From the IMG/VR virus record IMGVR_UViG_3300048065_001187, positions 86,767 through 150,766 of that record: a stretch of DNA of 64,000 bases; one strand, 5' to 3'. Position numbers and translations under genes: made by a program. The DNA comes from a virus. The notes under the pieces are model-generated. The model saw only the letters and a list, made by a program, of their open reading frames with translations, had not been told where the DNA came from and did not search any database. The first letter of the stretch is position 1. Each line of letters starts with the position of its first letter. Shown in pieces: positions 28,165 to 37,308 of this stretch.

Positions 28165-29035
28165 AGATTTTATACAAAATGTAAAGCATTTAAACCACTC
28201 TAATCAGCGAGACGGGGAATCTTACTACCATGCCTACTTGTGCGACAGTCAAAAAGAGCACATTGAAACAATAAGAAGATGTTTGAATAAACAAAAAAAT
28301 CTTTTTATTCCAACCGTCAAAAAGACTGAGGGCAAATTTAATAATAATAAATTCCGACAAGTTTTTAGTCTTGCTAAGTATTTAGATGATGACAAATTAA
28401 CTAGCCTAAGAACATTTCTTAGTCTTGGGGGCGATAATCAATCTGTGCCTTATTTGTTTGCGTCTATATTATTTAATTGTCATACCGAAAAGACTATTGA
28501 TTTTATTGTTAAAGCTGTTGGCTCCAATAATAATTTGCAAAAGCGTCACCCAATTCAGTTTGCATACGATTTAGTTACAGGATGGATTCCAGAACATTTC
28601 TTAGCTAATTGTTTTGATTTAGAAAAATCTGGCTGCGATAGTGATTACAAATTAGCCAAAGGTTCATCGATAAATGGCTCTCAGGATTTTATTTTCAAGG
28701 GAGAGAAGATTGAATTATCAATGGATTATACGGGCACTATAAAATATAAAAATAAATTCCACCTAAGATATAATAAATGGAATAAAATCCAAAAAGATAA
28801 AAGCAACCTATTGATTATATGTACTAAATCTTGGAAGTATTATTTTTATTCAGCAGATACTTATTTAAATAATATAAGACATAAATACTTAGATAGAATT
28901 GAATCGTGGAGTGATCGCCAATCTGTTGCTGGCTATGAACTCACAGACTGGGAAAAGCTAGAACCTATAGCATTAAACCCTTCAAACCTGTCGAACTCTT
29001 TTAATAATATACTTTCCTTAAAAAATGAAAACTAA
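28157..29035 (+). CDS. Putative restriction endonuclease (PD-(D/E)XK-like)
   Basis: Overlaps the MTase stop. E...QDF...IELSMD resembles a PD-(D/E)xK variant. Confidence 0.45.
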   Translation: MIEDFIQNVKHLNHSNQRDGESYYHAYLCDSQKEHIETIRRCLNKQKNLFIPTVKKTEGKFNNNKFRQVFSLAKYLDDDKLTSLRTFLSLGGDNQSVPYLFASILFNCHTEKTIDFIVKAVGSNNNLQKRHPIQFAYDLVTGWIPEHFLANCFDLEKSGCDSDYKLAKGSSINGSQDFIFKGEKIELSMDYTGTIKYKNKFHLRYNKWNKIQKDKSNLLIICTKSWKYYFYSADTYLNNIRHKYLDRIESWSDRQSVAGYELTDWEKLEPIALNPSNLSNSFNNILSLKNEN

Positions 29036-29092
29036 AAAAATTTTCCAAAGGCAAAGTTGAATTATAGTGGACTATATATTATAATAAAATGT

Positions 29093-29299
29093 ATGGACGA
29101 CGATTTTGAAGAACCTAGCGGACCAAAAGATTACGATGAGCAGACTGATGCTTTTCGTTTTGATCTTGATGATTTAGTGGAAAGGTATCTTCATGAGTTT
29201 GATATTAATACAATAACAATGATAGGAGCATTACAAGAAAAAATTCAAGAGCTAGTAAATGATGGTGGCTTTGAAGCTGATTTAGATATAGATGAATAA
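29093..29299 (+). CDS. Acidic hypothetical protein
   Basis: ORF with ATG start, very acidic. Confidence 0.55.
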   Translation: MDDDFEEPSGPKDYDEQTDAFRFDLDDLVERYLHEFDINTITMIGALQEKIQELVNDGGFEADLDIDE

Positions 29300-29861
29300 T
29301 ATAATTGGAGTTACAGGTTTTGCTCGTTCCGGCAAAGACACTTTTTACAAAGAGAGCTCAAAACTTTTGTCGCGTGCAAATTGTTTTCGTTATGCATTTG
29401 CGGATGCTCTAAAAGAAGAGTCTGATGATTTCTTAAAAAAGAATGTAGGTATTTCTGCTTTTACAGAAGACTCTGAAGATAAAGAATTGATTCGTCCCTT
29501 TCTTGTTACATACGGAACAGAGCTAAGACGGAAGCTAAATCCTAACTGCTGGATATCCAAGGTTGAAGAGATGATTGAGAAAAATCATCAACCTTCAGAT
29601 AAAAATTTTATATTCGTTACTGATGTGCGTTTTGAAAATGAAGCTCAGTGGGTAAAATCCATTGGGGGTATAATAACTAAGGTTAGCAGGGAAGGAGTGA
29701 AGGCCGCCAATCAGGATGAACATATACAATCTGCATTGATTGAAAAATATGTTGACCTGCATATTATGTGGCCCACTTATAAGCCTGGGGATATTTCACA
29801 AAGTCATACTTTGCTAAAGCCAGTTCTTAAAAAAAATTTCCGCAACTATGTTGAGTACTAG
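29292..29861 (+). CDS. Deoxynucleoside monophosphate kinase
   Basis: GFARSGKDT, FADALK, YGTE and TDVRFENE motifs. Confidence 0.88.
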   Translation: MNNIIGVTGFARSGKDTFYKESSKLLSRANCFRYAFADALKEESDDFLKKNVGISAFTEDSEDKELIRPFLVTYGTELRRKLNPNCWISKVEEMIEKNHQPSDKNFIFVTDVRFENEAQWVKSIGGIITKVSREGVKAANQDEHIQSALIEKYVDLHIMWPTYKPGDISQSHTLLKPVLKKNFRNYVEY

Positions 29862-29871
29862 TGGACTATAT

Positions 29872-30042
29872 ATGAAATACAAATCACAGAAAAAGTATCA
29901 TAAAACAGACAAAGGAAAAGAAGCTTTATCAAAAGCACAAAAAAAATACGATGAAGAAAATGCTGAAAAGCGCCGAGAACAAAAACGTGAGTATATGCGC
30001 AGAAAAAGAGCCGAAAACCCAAACTATTGTAAGTGGAAATGA
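29872..30042 (+). CDS. Small basic protein
   Basis: MKYKSQKKY...REYMRRKR. Confidence 0.5.
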   Translation: MKYKSQKKYHKTDKGKEALSKAQKKYDEENAEKRREQKREYMRRKRAENPNYCKWK

Positions 30043-30179
30043 GTAAATCCAAAAAATGTGGTAATAAGTGTGGCGTTTCTGGAAGAAATGGCAAAGGAGA
30101 TTCTCCAAGAAACAATCATTCTAAAAAATTTAAATCGAATTACGAAAAAATCAATTGGTCTAAAAAAACAAAAAAGTAA
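30039..30179 (+). CDS. 46-aa basic phage protein (GKGDSPR motif)
   Basis: MSKSKK...GKGDSPRNN...NYEKINW. ATGA overlap with the upstream ORF. Below the ORF-track cutoff. Confidence 0.6.
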   Translation: MSKSKKCGNKCGVSGRNGKGDSPRNNHSKKFKSNYEKINWSKKTKK

Positions 30180-30224
30180 ATTTAATTCTTGATCGAATAT
30201 TATTCTTGTGGTATAGTGTCATCC

Positions 30225-30539
30225 ATGAAAGCCTTAAAAAAAGAACCTGAAATTTATGATTTTGCACATTACTGGAAAGTTCAATATAAAGAAAACAGAT
30301 TAAATGGAGAAAAATTTAATTTCAGAACAATTATTTATTGTAGATCAAAAGCTTTTGCTTTTAATATCCTAAAAAAGAAAACTAGTGAAGATAATCCTGG
30401 TGCCACTGTTTCTTGCGTTGAGATATCAAGAATAGGCTCCCATTCTCGTTTTAATAACAAAAAACTATCAGTCGATGATTGGTTTCATATTAGAAATGCA
30501 TCTTTCCCTAATGAGGTAAATATTTTATTTAAAAAATGA
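30225..30539 (+). CDS. Hypothetical protein
   Basis: TTGATC-N17-TATAGT promoter 7 nt upstream of the ATG. Confidence 0.55.
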   Translation: MKALKKEPEIYDFAHYWKVQYKENRLNGEKFNFRTIIYCRSKAFAFNILKKKTSEDNPGATVSCVEISRIGSHSRFNNKKLSVDDWFHIRNASFPNEVNILFKK

Positions 30540-31213
30540 GTGTTACCAAACAAGAAATAGATCGGTATGATGAATTACTTGCTAATTTCCAGCCTGATAT
30601 CAGATATATAATCAGAAGATTCAGAAGAAATTTCCATATACTTTCAGAAGAAGAAATTGCCTCGGAAGTCAATAAAAGACTCTCTATGTATAAGTCAAAA
30701 TATATCCAGAATGATAGAGCTTGTCTCACCAAAGAAGGTTTCAGTCGTTTTGTTTATGCTTGTGCGAGAAATGCTGTTTTTTGGACAATGAGAGGAACTA
30801 CCGGCAAAGATGAACGCTATAGAAAAACTTTTACTACTTGCAGCTTCATGAATCCTGATGAATCTGATGAATCTGGATCTGAATGGATTTTTAAAGTTAT
30901 GCTTTTAGCTAAAGAAGATAGTTTTCTACAGCAAATAGACGAACCTAATAACGTCGAGGTTATTTTAAAATGGATCAGGGATTATAGTGATTTCCTAAGC
31001 GACAAGGAAATGATTGTTTTTAACGACTATGTTTCAGGGAAGCCTCAAAGAGAAACTGCACTCACTATAAAAGAAACTAGACAATCAGTCGCAATTATAC
31101 AAAAAACTGTCGCAGAAAAGATTAGATCTCATATTAAAGTAAACATTAATCAAGATAATTCGGCGGCTAGAATTAAAAAAGGCTACGAATCAATAAATCA
31201 TTTGTTTGGATAG
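30536..31213 (+). CDS. Sigma70-family-like transcription factor
   Basis: Region-2-like FSRFVYACARNAV and region-4 HTH LSDKEMIVF...GKPQRETA...TRQSV. Confidence 0.65.
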   Translation: MSVTKQEIDRYDELLANFQPDIRYIIRRFRRNFHILSEEEIASEVNKRLSMYKSKYIQNDRACLTKEGFSRFVYACARNAVFWTMRGTTGKDERYRKTFTTCSFMNPDESDESGSEWIFKVMLLAKEDSFLQQIDEPNNVEVILKWIRDYSDFLSDKEMIVFNDYVSGKPQRETALTIKETRQSVAIIQKTVAEKIRSHIKVNINQDNSAARIKKGYESINHLFG

Positions 31214-31237
31214 ATAATAAATTGTGTATATACTTAT

Positions 31238-31468
31238 GTGAAGTTTTCTTTTGGTGAAGTTGTAATGTTAATCGGGCTAGCCCTACTAGCTATCATCGCA
31301 TACAATCAATATAATCAGCTCGAATACGCAAAAGATACAATACAGATTCAACATGAGGCTATTAATAAGCAACAAGAGCTGATCAACCATCAGATAAGAT
31401 ATATTGGAATAATGGAGTCTCAGGCTGTCAATTCACGCCAAAACCCTATCTATAGAGGCCCATCATGA
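31238..31468 (+). CDS. Small TM plus coiled-coil protein
   Basis: N-terminal TM. GTGTA 9 nt upstream. Confidence 0.55.
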   Translation: MKFSFGEVVMLIGLALLAIIAYNQYNQLEYAKDTIQIQHEAINKQQELINHQIRYIGIMESQAVNSRQNPIYRGPS

Positions 31469-31842
31469 CCTTAAGAGAGCTGATAGAGTCCAACAATTAC
31501 AAAAAAGTCTTCAATTACCTCTATCAAACTTATTTTAAAGGTAAAAAAAGCAGCATAGTAATAGAATTAGATTTAAAATTTTATAAATTATGGTCTGATC
31601 TGAAAAAGCTTAAAAAATCAAATCAAGATTTAATAAAAATTTACATAACTAAAACTCCAGGCGAAGACGGTTTTATAGATGTTTGTTTATTTGATGAAAT
31701 AAAAGATGAAATTTTACCTCTTGATTTTCTAGGCTCTCAAGATATAATAGATACAGAGGTTTATAAAGCATTGAATATTAATGATTACGAAACTTTGGCG
31801 CATATATTATATTATTTAAATAGTTTAGAAGATATTACATGA
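31465..31842 (+). CDS. Hypothetical protein
   Basis: ATGA-coupled ORF. Confidence 0.55.
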   Translation: MTLRELIESNNYKKVFNYLYQTYFKGKKSSIVIELDLKFYKLWSDLKKLKKSNQDLIKIYITKTPGEDGFIDVCLFDEIKDEILPLDFLGSQDIIDTEVYKALNINDYETLAHILYYLNSLEDIT

Positions 31843-32237
31843 AAAAAGTAGCAATTAGTGGTTATTTTGATCCAATTCACATTGGGCATTTAGAATATAT
31901 CAGGCTTGCGCGTGAGCTTGGAGATTATTTAATTGTAATTGTGAATAACGACAAACAAGCAGTCCTTAAGAAGGGCAAGTCTTTTATGTGTGAAGATGAT
32001 CGTCTGGCGATAGTCGCTCAAATCAAAGGGGTGGACGAAGCAGTTATGTCTATTGATGATGATGAAACTGTATGCAAGACACTTGATTTAATCAAGCCAG
32101 ACATCTTTGCTAACGGCGGAGATCGCAGTAATTCAGAAATTCCAGAATTTAAAATATGTAAAGAAAATGGCACTCAAGTCGTGGATGGATTAGGTAACAA
32201 GATCCGATCATCCTCAGAACTTACGGGCATCAAATGA
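31839..32237 (+). CDS. Cytidylyltransferase-family (HIGH) nucleotidyltransferase
   Basis: SGYFDPIHIGH, NGGDR and KIRSSS motifs. Confidence 0.88.
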   Translation: MKKVAISGYFDPIHIGHLEYIRLARELGDYLIVIVNNDKQAVLKKGKSFMCEDDRLAIVAQIKGVDEAVMSIDDDETVCKTLDLIKPDIFANGGDRSNSEIPEFKICKENGTQVVDGLGNKIRSSSELTGIK

Positions 32238-32743
32238 ATTTATACAATCTACCTACTCATGCTAAAAGTCCTCGAATCGTTAACGCAGTCATTGAAATTG
32301 AAGAGGGTTCAAAAAACAAATATGAATATGATGGAGATTTGGGGGTATTCATGTATGATAGATGTCTCAATTCTGCTATGGTTTATCCCGCAAGTTATGG
32401 TTTCATTCCTGGGACTTTATGCGAAGATGGCGATCCTTTAGATATAATGGTGATCAGCCCCGAACCTATCAAAAGAGCAACAGTTCTTGAGGCAAAAGTT
32501 CTTGGCGTTTTGGATATGGAGGACGAAGGAGAAAAAGATTACAAAGTTATAGCTGTGCCAAATTTTTATACCAGAAAATATAGCAATATCAAAGATGTAG
32601 AAGATAGTTTTCTTAAAATTGCAAAGAATTTTTTTGCTCACTATAAAGATTTGAGCATGAGTGGGGATCGAGTTAAAGTATTTGAGTGGCATCATAAACA
32701 ATATGCCTATGATATCATCGATAATAGGCTTACTAATAAATAA
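32234..32743 (+). CDS. ppa: Inorganic pyrophosphatase, family I
   Basis: KYEYD, YPASYGFIP, DGDPLD, DEGEKDYK and FFAHYK motifs. Confidence 0.95.
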   Translation: MNLYNLPTHAKSPRIVNAVIEIEEGSKNKYEYDGDLGVFMYDRCLNSAMVYPASYGFIPGTLCEDGDPLDIMVISPEPIKRATVLEAKVLGVLDMEDEGEKDYKVIAVPNFYTRKYSNIKDVEDSFLKIAKNFFAHYKDLSMSGDRVKVFEWHHKQYAYDIIDNRLTNK

Positions 32744-32744
32744 T

Positions 32745-32819
32745 ATGGAAACATTAATTGTAATTGGGGTACTAGCAATCCTTTACGGGGCCTGCGCTAA
32801 AGAAGCATATAAATGGTAA
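32745..32819 (+). CDS. 24-aa membrane micropeptide
   Basis: METLIVIGVLAILYGACAKEAYKW. Confidence 0.5.
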   Translation: METLIVIGVLAILYGACAKEAYKW

Positions 32820-32838
32820 ATAATGTGTAACTCTCTAT

Positions 32839-33033
32839 GTGAGAGGAGTCTTTGTATTACTAATTGTTATTTTATGTAGCAGTTGTATGGTCAAAAAAGC
32901 GCCACCCGAAGAAAAAGATTGGCTCAAAATTTACGAAAAAGAGCTACAAATCGCAAGAGAAAACAATGATATAGAGGCTTGGACTTATTTTTGGGGCGAA
33001 TATATAAAAGAGTTACAAAATAAGAATAAATGA
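32839..33033 (+). CDS. Small lipoprotein
   Basis: Hydrophobic signal with a CSSC lipobox-like end. GTGTA 9 nt upstream. Confidence 0.6.
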   Translation: MRGVFVLLIVILCSSCMVKKAPPEEKDWLKIYEKELQIARENNDIEAWTYFWGEYIKELQNKNK

Positions 33034-33821
33034 AAATAACTAAAGAATTTATCGATAAGCTATTAATTTTTGGCGCCGAACTTTCTAAAGAAGTTTGCCA
33101 AATACAAGAGCTCGGCTTCGAAACTTTACAAAAAGACGATAAAAGTCCATTAACAGAAGCCGACCTTCATTCAAACAAAAGAATTTGTGAATTTTTGGCG
33201 GCGAATACAGATACTTCAAATATCATATCCGAAGAAAATAAAGAGGTTCAATATGAAGACCGCGCCAAATGGGATTATTATTGGCTCATAGACCCCATAG
33301 ACGGCACAAAAGAGTTCGTAAAGGGAGGGGATGACTTCTGCATTAATATTGCCCTATGCAAGGGCTCAGAGCCTATATTTGGCTATGTAGCTTGTCCAAA
33401 GAAGCAAGACCAATACTTCGCTATAAAAGATCGGGGTGCTTTTAAAAACGGCGAACCAATTTACGCCAAATATTCTTACAATCCTCAAGGCGAACCAATC
33501 AAAGTAGTTGCAAGTAAATCCCATTTGAATAAAGAGACAGAGGAATTTATTAATAATTTAAAAAAGAATCACGAGGTTGAGACCTTAAACATAGGTAGTT
33601 CATTAAAATTTTGCTTAGTAGCAGAGGGCGAAGCCCACATATATCCTAGGTTTGGGCCTACTATGGAGTGGGATACTTGTGCGCCGCAAATCATTGCAGA
33701 AGAGAGTGGCGCAGATGTCTGTATTGCAGAAAATAGTCAGCCATTAGAATATAATAAAAAGAATTTACTTAACCCTTTTTTTATTGTTTCTTGTAAAATT
33801 TTAAAATATTTCTTGACTTGA
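33030..33821 (+). CDS. cysQ: 3'(2'),5'-bisphosphate nucleotidase CysQ
   Basis: SPLTEAD, ISEE, DPIDGTKEF, SKSH, GSSLK and EWDTCA motifs. Confidence 0.92.
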   Translation: MKITKEFIDKLLIFGAELSKEVCQIQELGFETLQKDDKSPLTEADLHSNKRICEFLAANTDTSNIISEENKEVQYEDRAKWDYYWLIDPIDGTKEFVKGGDDFCINIALCKGSEPIFGYVACPKKQDQYFAIKDRGAFKNGEPIYAKYSYNPQGEPIKVVASKSHLNKETEEFINNLKKNHEVETLNIGSSLKFCLVAEGEAHIYPRFGPTMEWDTCAPQIIAEESGADVCIAENSQPLEYNKKNLLNPFFIVSCKILKYFLT

Positions 33822-33850
33822 CTATTTATTTTTGCTATATTGTATAGCAA

Positions 33851-34099
33851 ATGATAATCAAAAAAGAATTAAAGAATGCAACCTTTGAGTATGATGAAGA
33901 GACTAAGTCGTTTACATTATCTAATAAAGATGCAACAATTCAATTAAATAAGGTTTATGCGTTTGCTTTTATGCGTTTCGTTGTTCGCATGGCACAAAGA
34001 AATTGGCTGCGCACAAAAAAAAGTATTGACAAAACAGTAGAAGATATAGTAGAATCAGAACACATTGATCATCCCGATCAAATGAAAATTTTTGAATAA
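33851..34099 (+). CDS. Hypothetical protein
   Basis: TTGACT-N17-TATATT promoter at 33813. Confidence 0.55.
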   Translation: MIIKKELKNATFEYDEETKSFTLSNKDATIQLNKVYAFAFMRFVVRMAQRNWLRTKKSIDKTVEDIVESEHIDHPDQMKIFE

Positions 34100-34249
34100 T
34101 TATGAATCAGTTAGAAGTAGTATTAGCTAGTGATCACGCCGAGTTTTTTTATACAGACTCCGATGAAGTTGTCCCTGAGGGTGAACCTGTAGGAGTAGAT
34201 TGGACACACAACAATGTGGTCGATCTTTATTTATTTAATAACATCTACC

Positions 34250-34510
34250 ATGAGTTCAAATATGAAGAAGGAGAATACTGACAACCCAAAACTATTCGAA
34301 TACAGAATTAAATATAATGCGGGGCAATATCATTCGATGCAAGATAGCTACCACTATTATAATGCAGAGAATGCCGAAGATGCTTTAAACTTTCATCTAG
34401 CTATGCTAGAAAAGCATAACCTACAGGTACAAACACTGTCTGTTGAGAAATATAATCCTTATGCAGACAAATGGGAAGATGAAAGTACTATTCTGAGTCA
34501 AGAGGCTTAA
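34250..34510 (+). CDS. Hypothetical protein (xAxNxEDA motif)
   Basis: YYNAENAEDA. Start uncertain. Confidence 0.5.
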   Translation: MSSNMKKENTDNPKLFEYRIKYNAGQYHSMQDSYHYYNAENAEDALNFHLAMLEKHNLQVQTLSVEKYNPYADKWEDESTILSQEA

Positions 34511-34658
34511 CTATATACTCACCGATATGCTGACTCAGTATTCTAATTTGCTTTAATAAAGCCGCTTTTTTCTCTTTACTTTTTAATTTTTTAGCCTTAT
34601 CATATAAATATATTATATACTCAGGGCTAACTTTTTGTTTTATCTCTCCTTTTTTCAT
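34488..34658 (-). CDS. Small basic hypothetical protein
   Basis: GTGTA motif 11 nt upstream of ATG 34658. Confidence 0.5.
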   Translation of the reverse strand: MKKGEIKQKVSPEYIIYLYDKAKKLKSKEKKAALLKQIRILSQHIGEYIVKPLDSE

Positions 34659-34681
34659 AATAAATATAATACACTCAAATA

Positions 34682-35113
34682 ATGAATAATAAAGAACGCT
34701 TAATTTGGTTTTTAGCCGCAATCCTCGGTGGATTTTTATACAATACGCAGAGCAATAAGCTCAATGATTTCGAAATGATGGAGACGCAATATAGACTCAA
34801 TTCTTCAATCAAATCAGACCAAATATTAGATTTAATGCATGAGGTAAGCAATGCGAGAGATGGGTATTATCAACAAGGTTTCGAAGACGGCAAAAGTCAT
34901 GCAATGATTTCAGCGGTTAAAGGAGAACATCTTTATGATTATTCTGACGGATATCATGCTGCATTATCACAATTCGATATGAATCAAAAACTCGGAAATA
35001 AAGATGATGAAATTCATAAATTATTTATGGACGCACTAGACCAAATATCTGACTTAGAAGATGGTTATAATGATTTACTTGATTCTGTAGGTTCGGTTAA
35101 GGATGGAGATTAA
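34682..35113 (+). CDS. Membrane-anchored protein with GxxxG (GFEDG) repeats
   Basis: N-terminal TM, YQQGFEDGK and YSDGYHA. Confidence 0.55.
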   Translation: MNNKERLIWFLAAILGGFLYNTQSNKLNDFEMMETQYRLNSSIKSDQILDLMHEVSNARDGYYQQGFEDGKSHAMISAVKGEHLYDYSDGYHAALSQFDMNQKLGNKDDEIHKLFMDALDQISDLEDGYNDLLDSVGSVKDGD

Positions 35114-35333
35114 ATCATCCCAAATTGTTTACTCTGAACATGGTTATGACGAATGTTTTGAATACAAAGATGGGGGCGGAAGAGTTCCCGATGGGAATGC
35201 GATTGGATATGAGTCCGATGATTCTTGTGCAAAACTTGTCCTTTTTGAAGATATTAAATATAGTAAATATAGCCACGATTATTGGGATAATATTGAGCTT
35301 GAACATGATATAGAAAGAGTAATAATACCATGA
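35103..35333 (+). CDS. Hypothetical protein
   Basis: Coupled ORF. Confidence 0.45.
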   Translation: MEIKSSQIVYSEHGYDECFEYKDGGGRVPDGNAIGYESDDSCAKLVLFEDIKYSKYSHDYWDNIELEHDIERVIIP

Positions 35334-35587
35334 TAAATTTTAGAAAAGGGTACGAGCCAAATAACCCAAAAGATGATTTAGTAAAAAAATTACAAAAAAT
35401 TTTAGATTTAGTTTATAACGAAGACTCAGAATATTACCCCGGATCATTTCACCCAGAGACAGATTTAGCGGAAGTTACCGATGCTATTTTTCAAATTTTA
35501 TTTAATCAAAATAACGAATCAGTTCATATTATAATTGATAAAAACCCAAATAATAGTCTTGATATGACCATTGACAAAATCGAATGA
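35330..35587 (+). CDS. Hypothetical protein
   Basis: ATGA-coupled ORF. Confidence 0.5.
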   Translation: MINFRKGYEPNNPKDDLVKKLQKILDLVYNEDSEYYPGSFHPETDLAEVTDAIFQILFNQNNESVHIIIDKNPNNSLDMTIDKIE

Positions 35588-36129
35588 CTAATCGCCAAAT
35601 AATAGATGATTCAAAAGACTACTACAAAAAAATAGAGTTAGTCCGCCGCCCACTTCTAAATTATGCGAGATCAAAAATATATGGCGCGCAGAATGCTGAA
35701 GATATTGTTCAAAATACAATACTAATACTTTGTCAAAAAATAAATGATTTCGACGCAAATAAAAGTTTTCATGGTTGGGCATTCAAAATATTAAAATTTC
35801 AAATGAATAATTATTTTAGAAAAGTAAAAAGAAATAAAGAAGATTGCGTTGAATACATCAGTGACATATGCACTGAAGAATCAAATTCTGCTTTAGATAA
35901 AATTATATCGAAAGAAAAATTTGATGAAAAAATGATTAAGATTCAATCATTAAAATACAGACTGCCCCCAAGGCAATCAAAACTCTTTCGCTATATTTCA
36001 GATGGACTCTCAAGATTGGAGGCGAGAAAAAGTTTAGGTATGACAGAAATTAATTTTAATACAACCTATAGCCGTACAATAAAAAATGCCATAAAAATCT
36101 TAAAAAACGAAAGTGCGCAAGTTAAATAA
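35584..36129 (+). CDS. ECF-type RNA polymerase sigma factor
   Basis: AEDIVQNT, FHGWAFKI (region 2) and LPPRQ...GLS..E...LGM (region 4). Confidence 0.82.
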   Translation: MTNRQIIDDSKDYYKKIELVRRPLLNYARSKIYGAQNAEDIVQNTILILCQKINDFDANKSFHGWAFKILKFQMNNYFRKVKRNKEDCVEYISDICTEESNSALDKIISKEKFDEKMIKIQSLKYRLPPRQSKLFRYISDGLSRLEARKSLGMTEINFNTTYSRTIKNAIKILKNESAQVK

Positions 36130-36685
36130 TACCGCTCGAAAAGAAAAGATCTTAAAGCTTAGATCAGAGGGAAAAAGCTACAAAGAAATAGAATCTATTC
36201 TTGGTTGTTCAAAATCTACAATTTCTTATCATTGCGGAAATGGTAATGAAAAAAAGCGGGTTAAAAACGACATAAAGAAAAGGAAGCCAATTTGCAAAAA
36301 AGTTTCTAGTTTTAAAACAAGATGCTCTCGTGCAAATTATAAATTATTTCGATCTAAAGTAAAAACATTTAAAAGGCGCTCGCAATCAAAAGGTAACAAA
36401 ACAAATACTATAGTGAATAGTATATCAAAAAACTATACCTGTCAGGATGTAATTGAAAAATTCGGAAATAATCCAGTCTGCTACTTGACAGGCAAACCTA
36501 TAGATTTAGAAAAGCCCGAAACTTACAATTTAGATCATATAATTCCTGCGTCAAGAGGGGGTACGAATGATTTAAATAACCTAGGTCTTTGCATCAAAGA
36601 AGCTAATCAAGCAAAGGGTGATCTATTGATCAACGAATTGCATGATTTGTGTGAGCAAATATTACTTTGGAAATCTAAAAGTTAA
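36113..36685 (+). CDS. HNH endonuclease with N-terminal HTH
   Basis: GKSYKEI..LGCSKSTIS HTH and CYLTG...LDHIIPASRGGTNDLNNL...NQAK. Confidence 0.85.
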   Translation: MRKLNNTARKEKILKLRSEGKSYKEIESILGCSKSTISYHCGNGNEKKRVKNDIKKRKPICKKVSSFKTRCSRANYKLFRSKVKTFKRRSQSKGNKTNTIVNSISKNYTCQDVIEKFGNNPVCYLTGKPIDLEKPETYNLDHIIPASRGGTNDLNNLGLCIKEANQAKGDLLINELHDLCEQILLWKSKS

Positions 36686-37308
36686 AATATTATATACTGA
36701 ACATATTCTTGGTTTGGATAGTTCTCTAATAATATAAACTTATTTGTTTGCGGTTCAAATATAAACCATCCTTGGCTCGTAAGCACTAAGTTAACGGCAT
36801 GAAGACCGCCTGTTGCAGGGATTCTCCCAAATTCATTAACTTGTCTTACTACTACAATGCCTACTGCAAGTTCGTTTTTTGTGCCACTTTTAAAACTAGC
36901 TAAACTAATTGTTGATTTGTAAAGCATTGCATAGTTCTCGCAATCAAGAGATTCGCCTCCCTCTCCTAGTGACATTAAACCATTTTCAAATAATAATTTA
37001 TTAAACCAATTATTGAATTTCCTAAAGAAAAAATAGTCAACTTGATCGTATTTACTATCCCAAAGTAATAATTTAATATTCGTTGGAACTTTCATTGGTA
37101 CAGAGTTAAACGCTCTTTGCGTAGTGAAATGATATGCAAAATCTTTTTTAAATATTTTACTCGCTTTAGGGTCTTCTATTTTTGGAATATTTTTTAATTC
37201 ACTTAAATCTACTTTGTTGCAAGCTACCATCGAAAGACTCATGATCGCTACTAAGCATAACGATAAAATCCAAGATAATCTACTATTCTTCTTTATTATA
37301 TCTTTCAT
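36682..37308 (-). CDS. Lipoprotein with a papain/transglutaminase-like Cys-His-Glu domain
   Basis: Signal ending MVAC, then DCENYA, HAVN and FEPQ motifs. Confidence 0.65.
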   Translation of the reverse strand: MKDIIKKNSRLSWILSLCLVAIMSLSMVACNKVDLSELKNIPKIEDPKASKIFKKDFAYHFTTQRAFNSVPMKVPTNIKLLLWDSKYDQVDYFFFRKFNNWFNKLLFENGLMSLGEGGESLDCENYAMLYKSTISLASFKSGTKNELAVGIVVVRQVNEFGRIPATGGLHAVNLVLTSQGWFIFEPQTNKFILLENYPNQEYVQYIIF

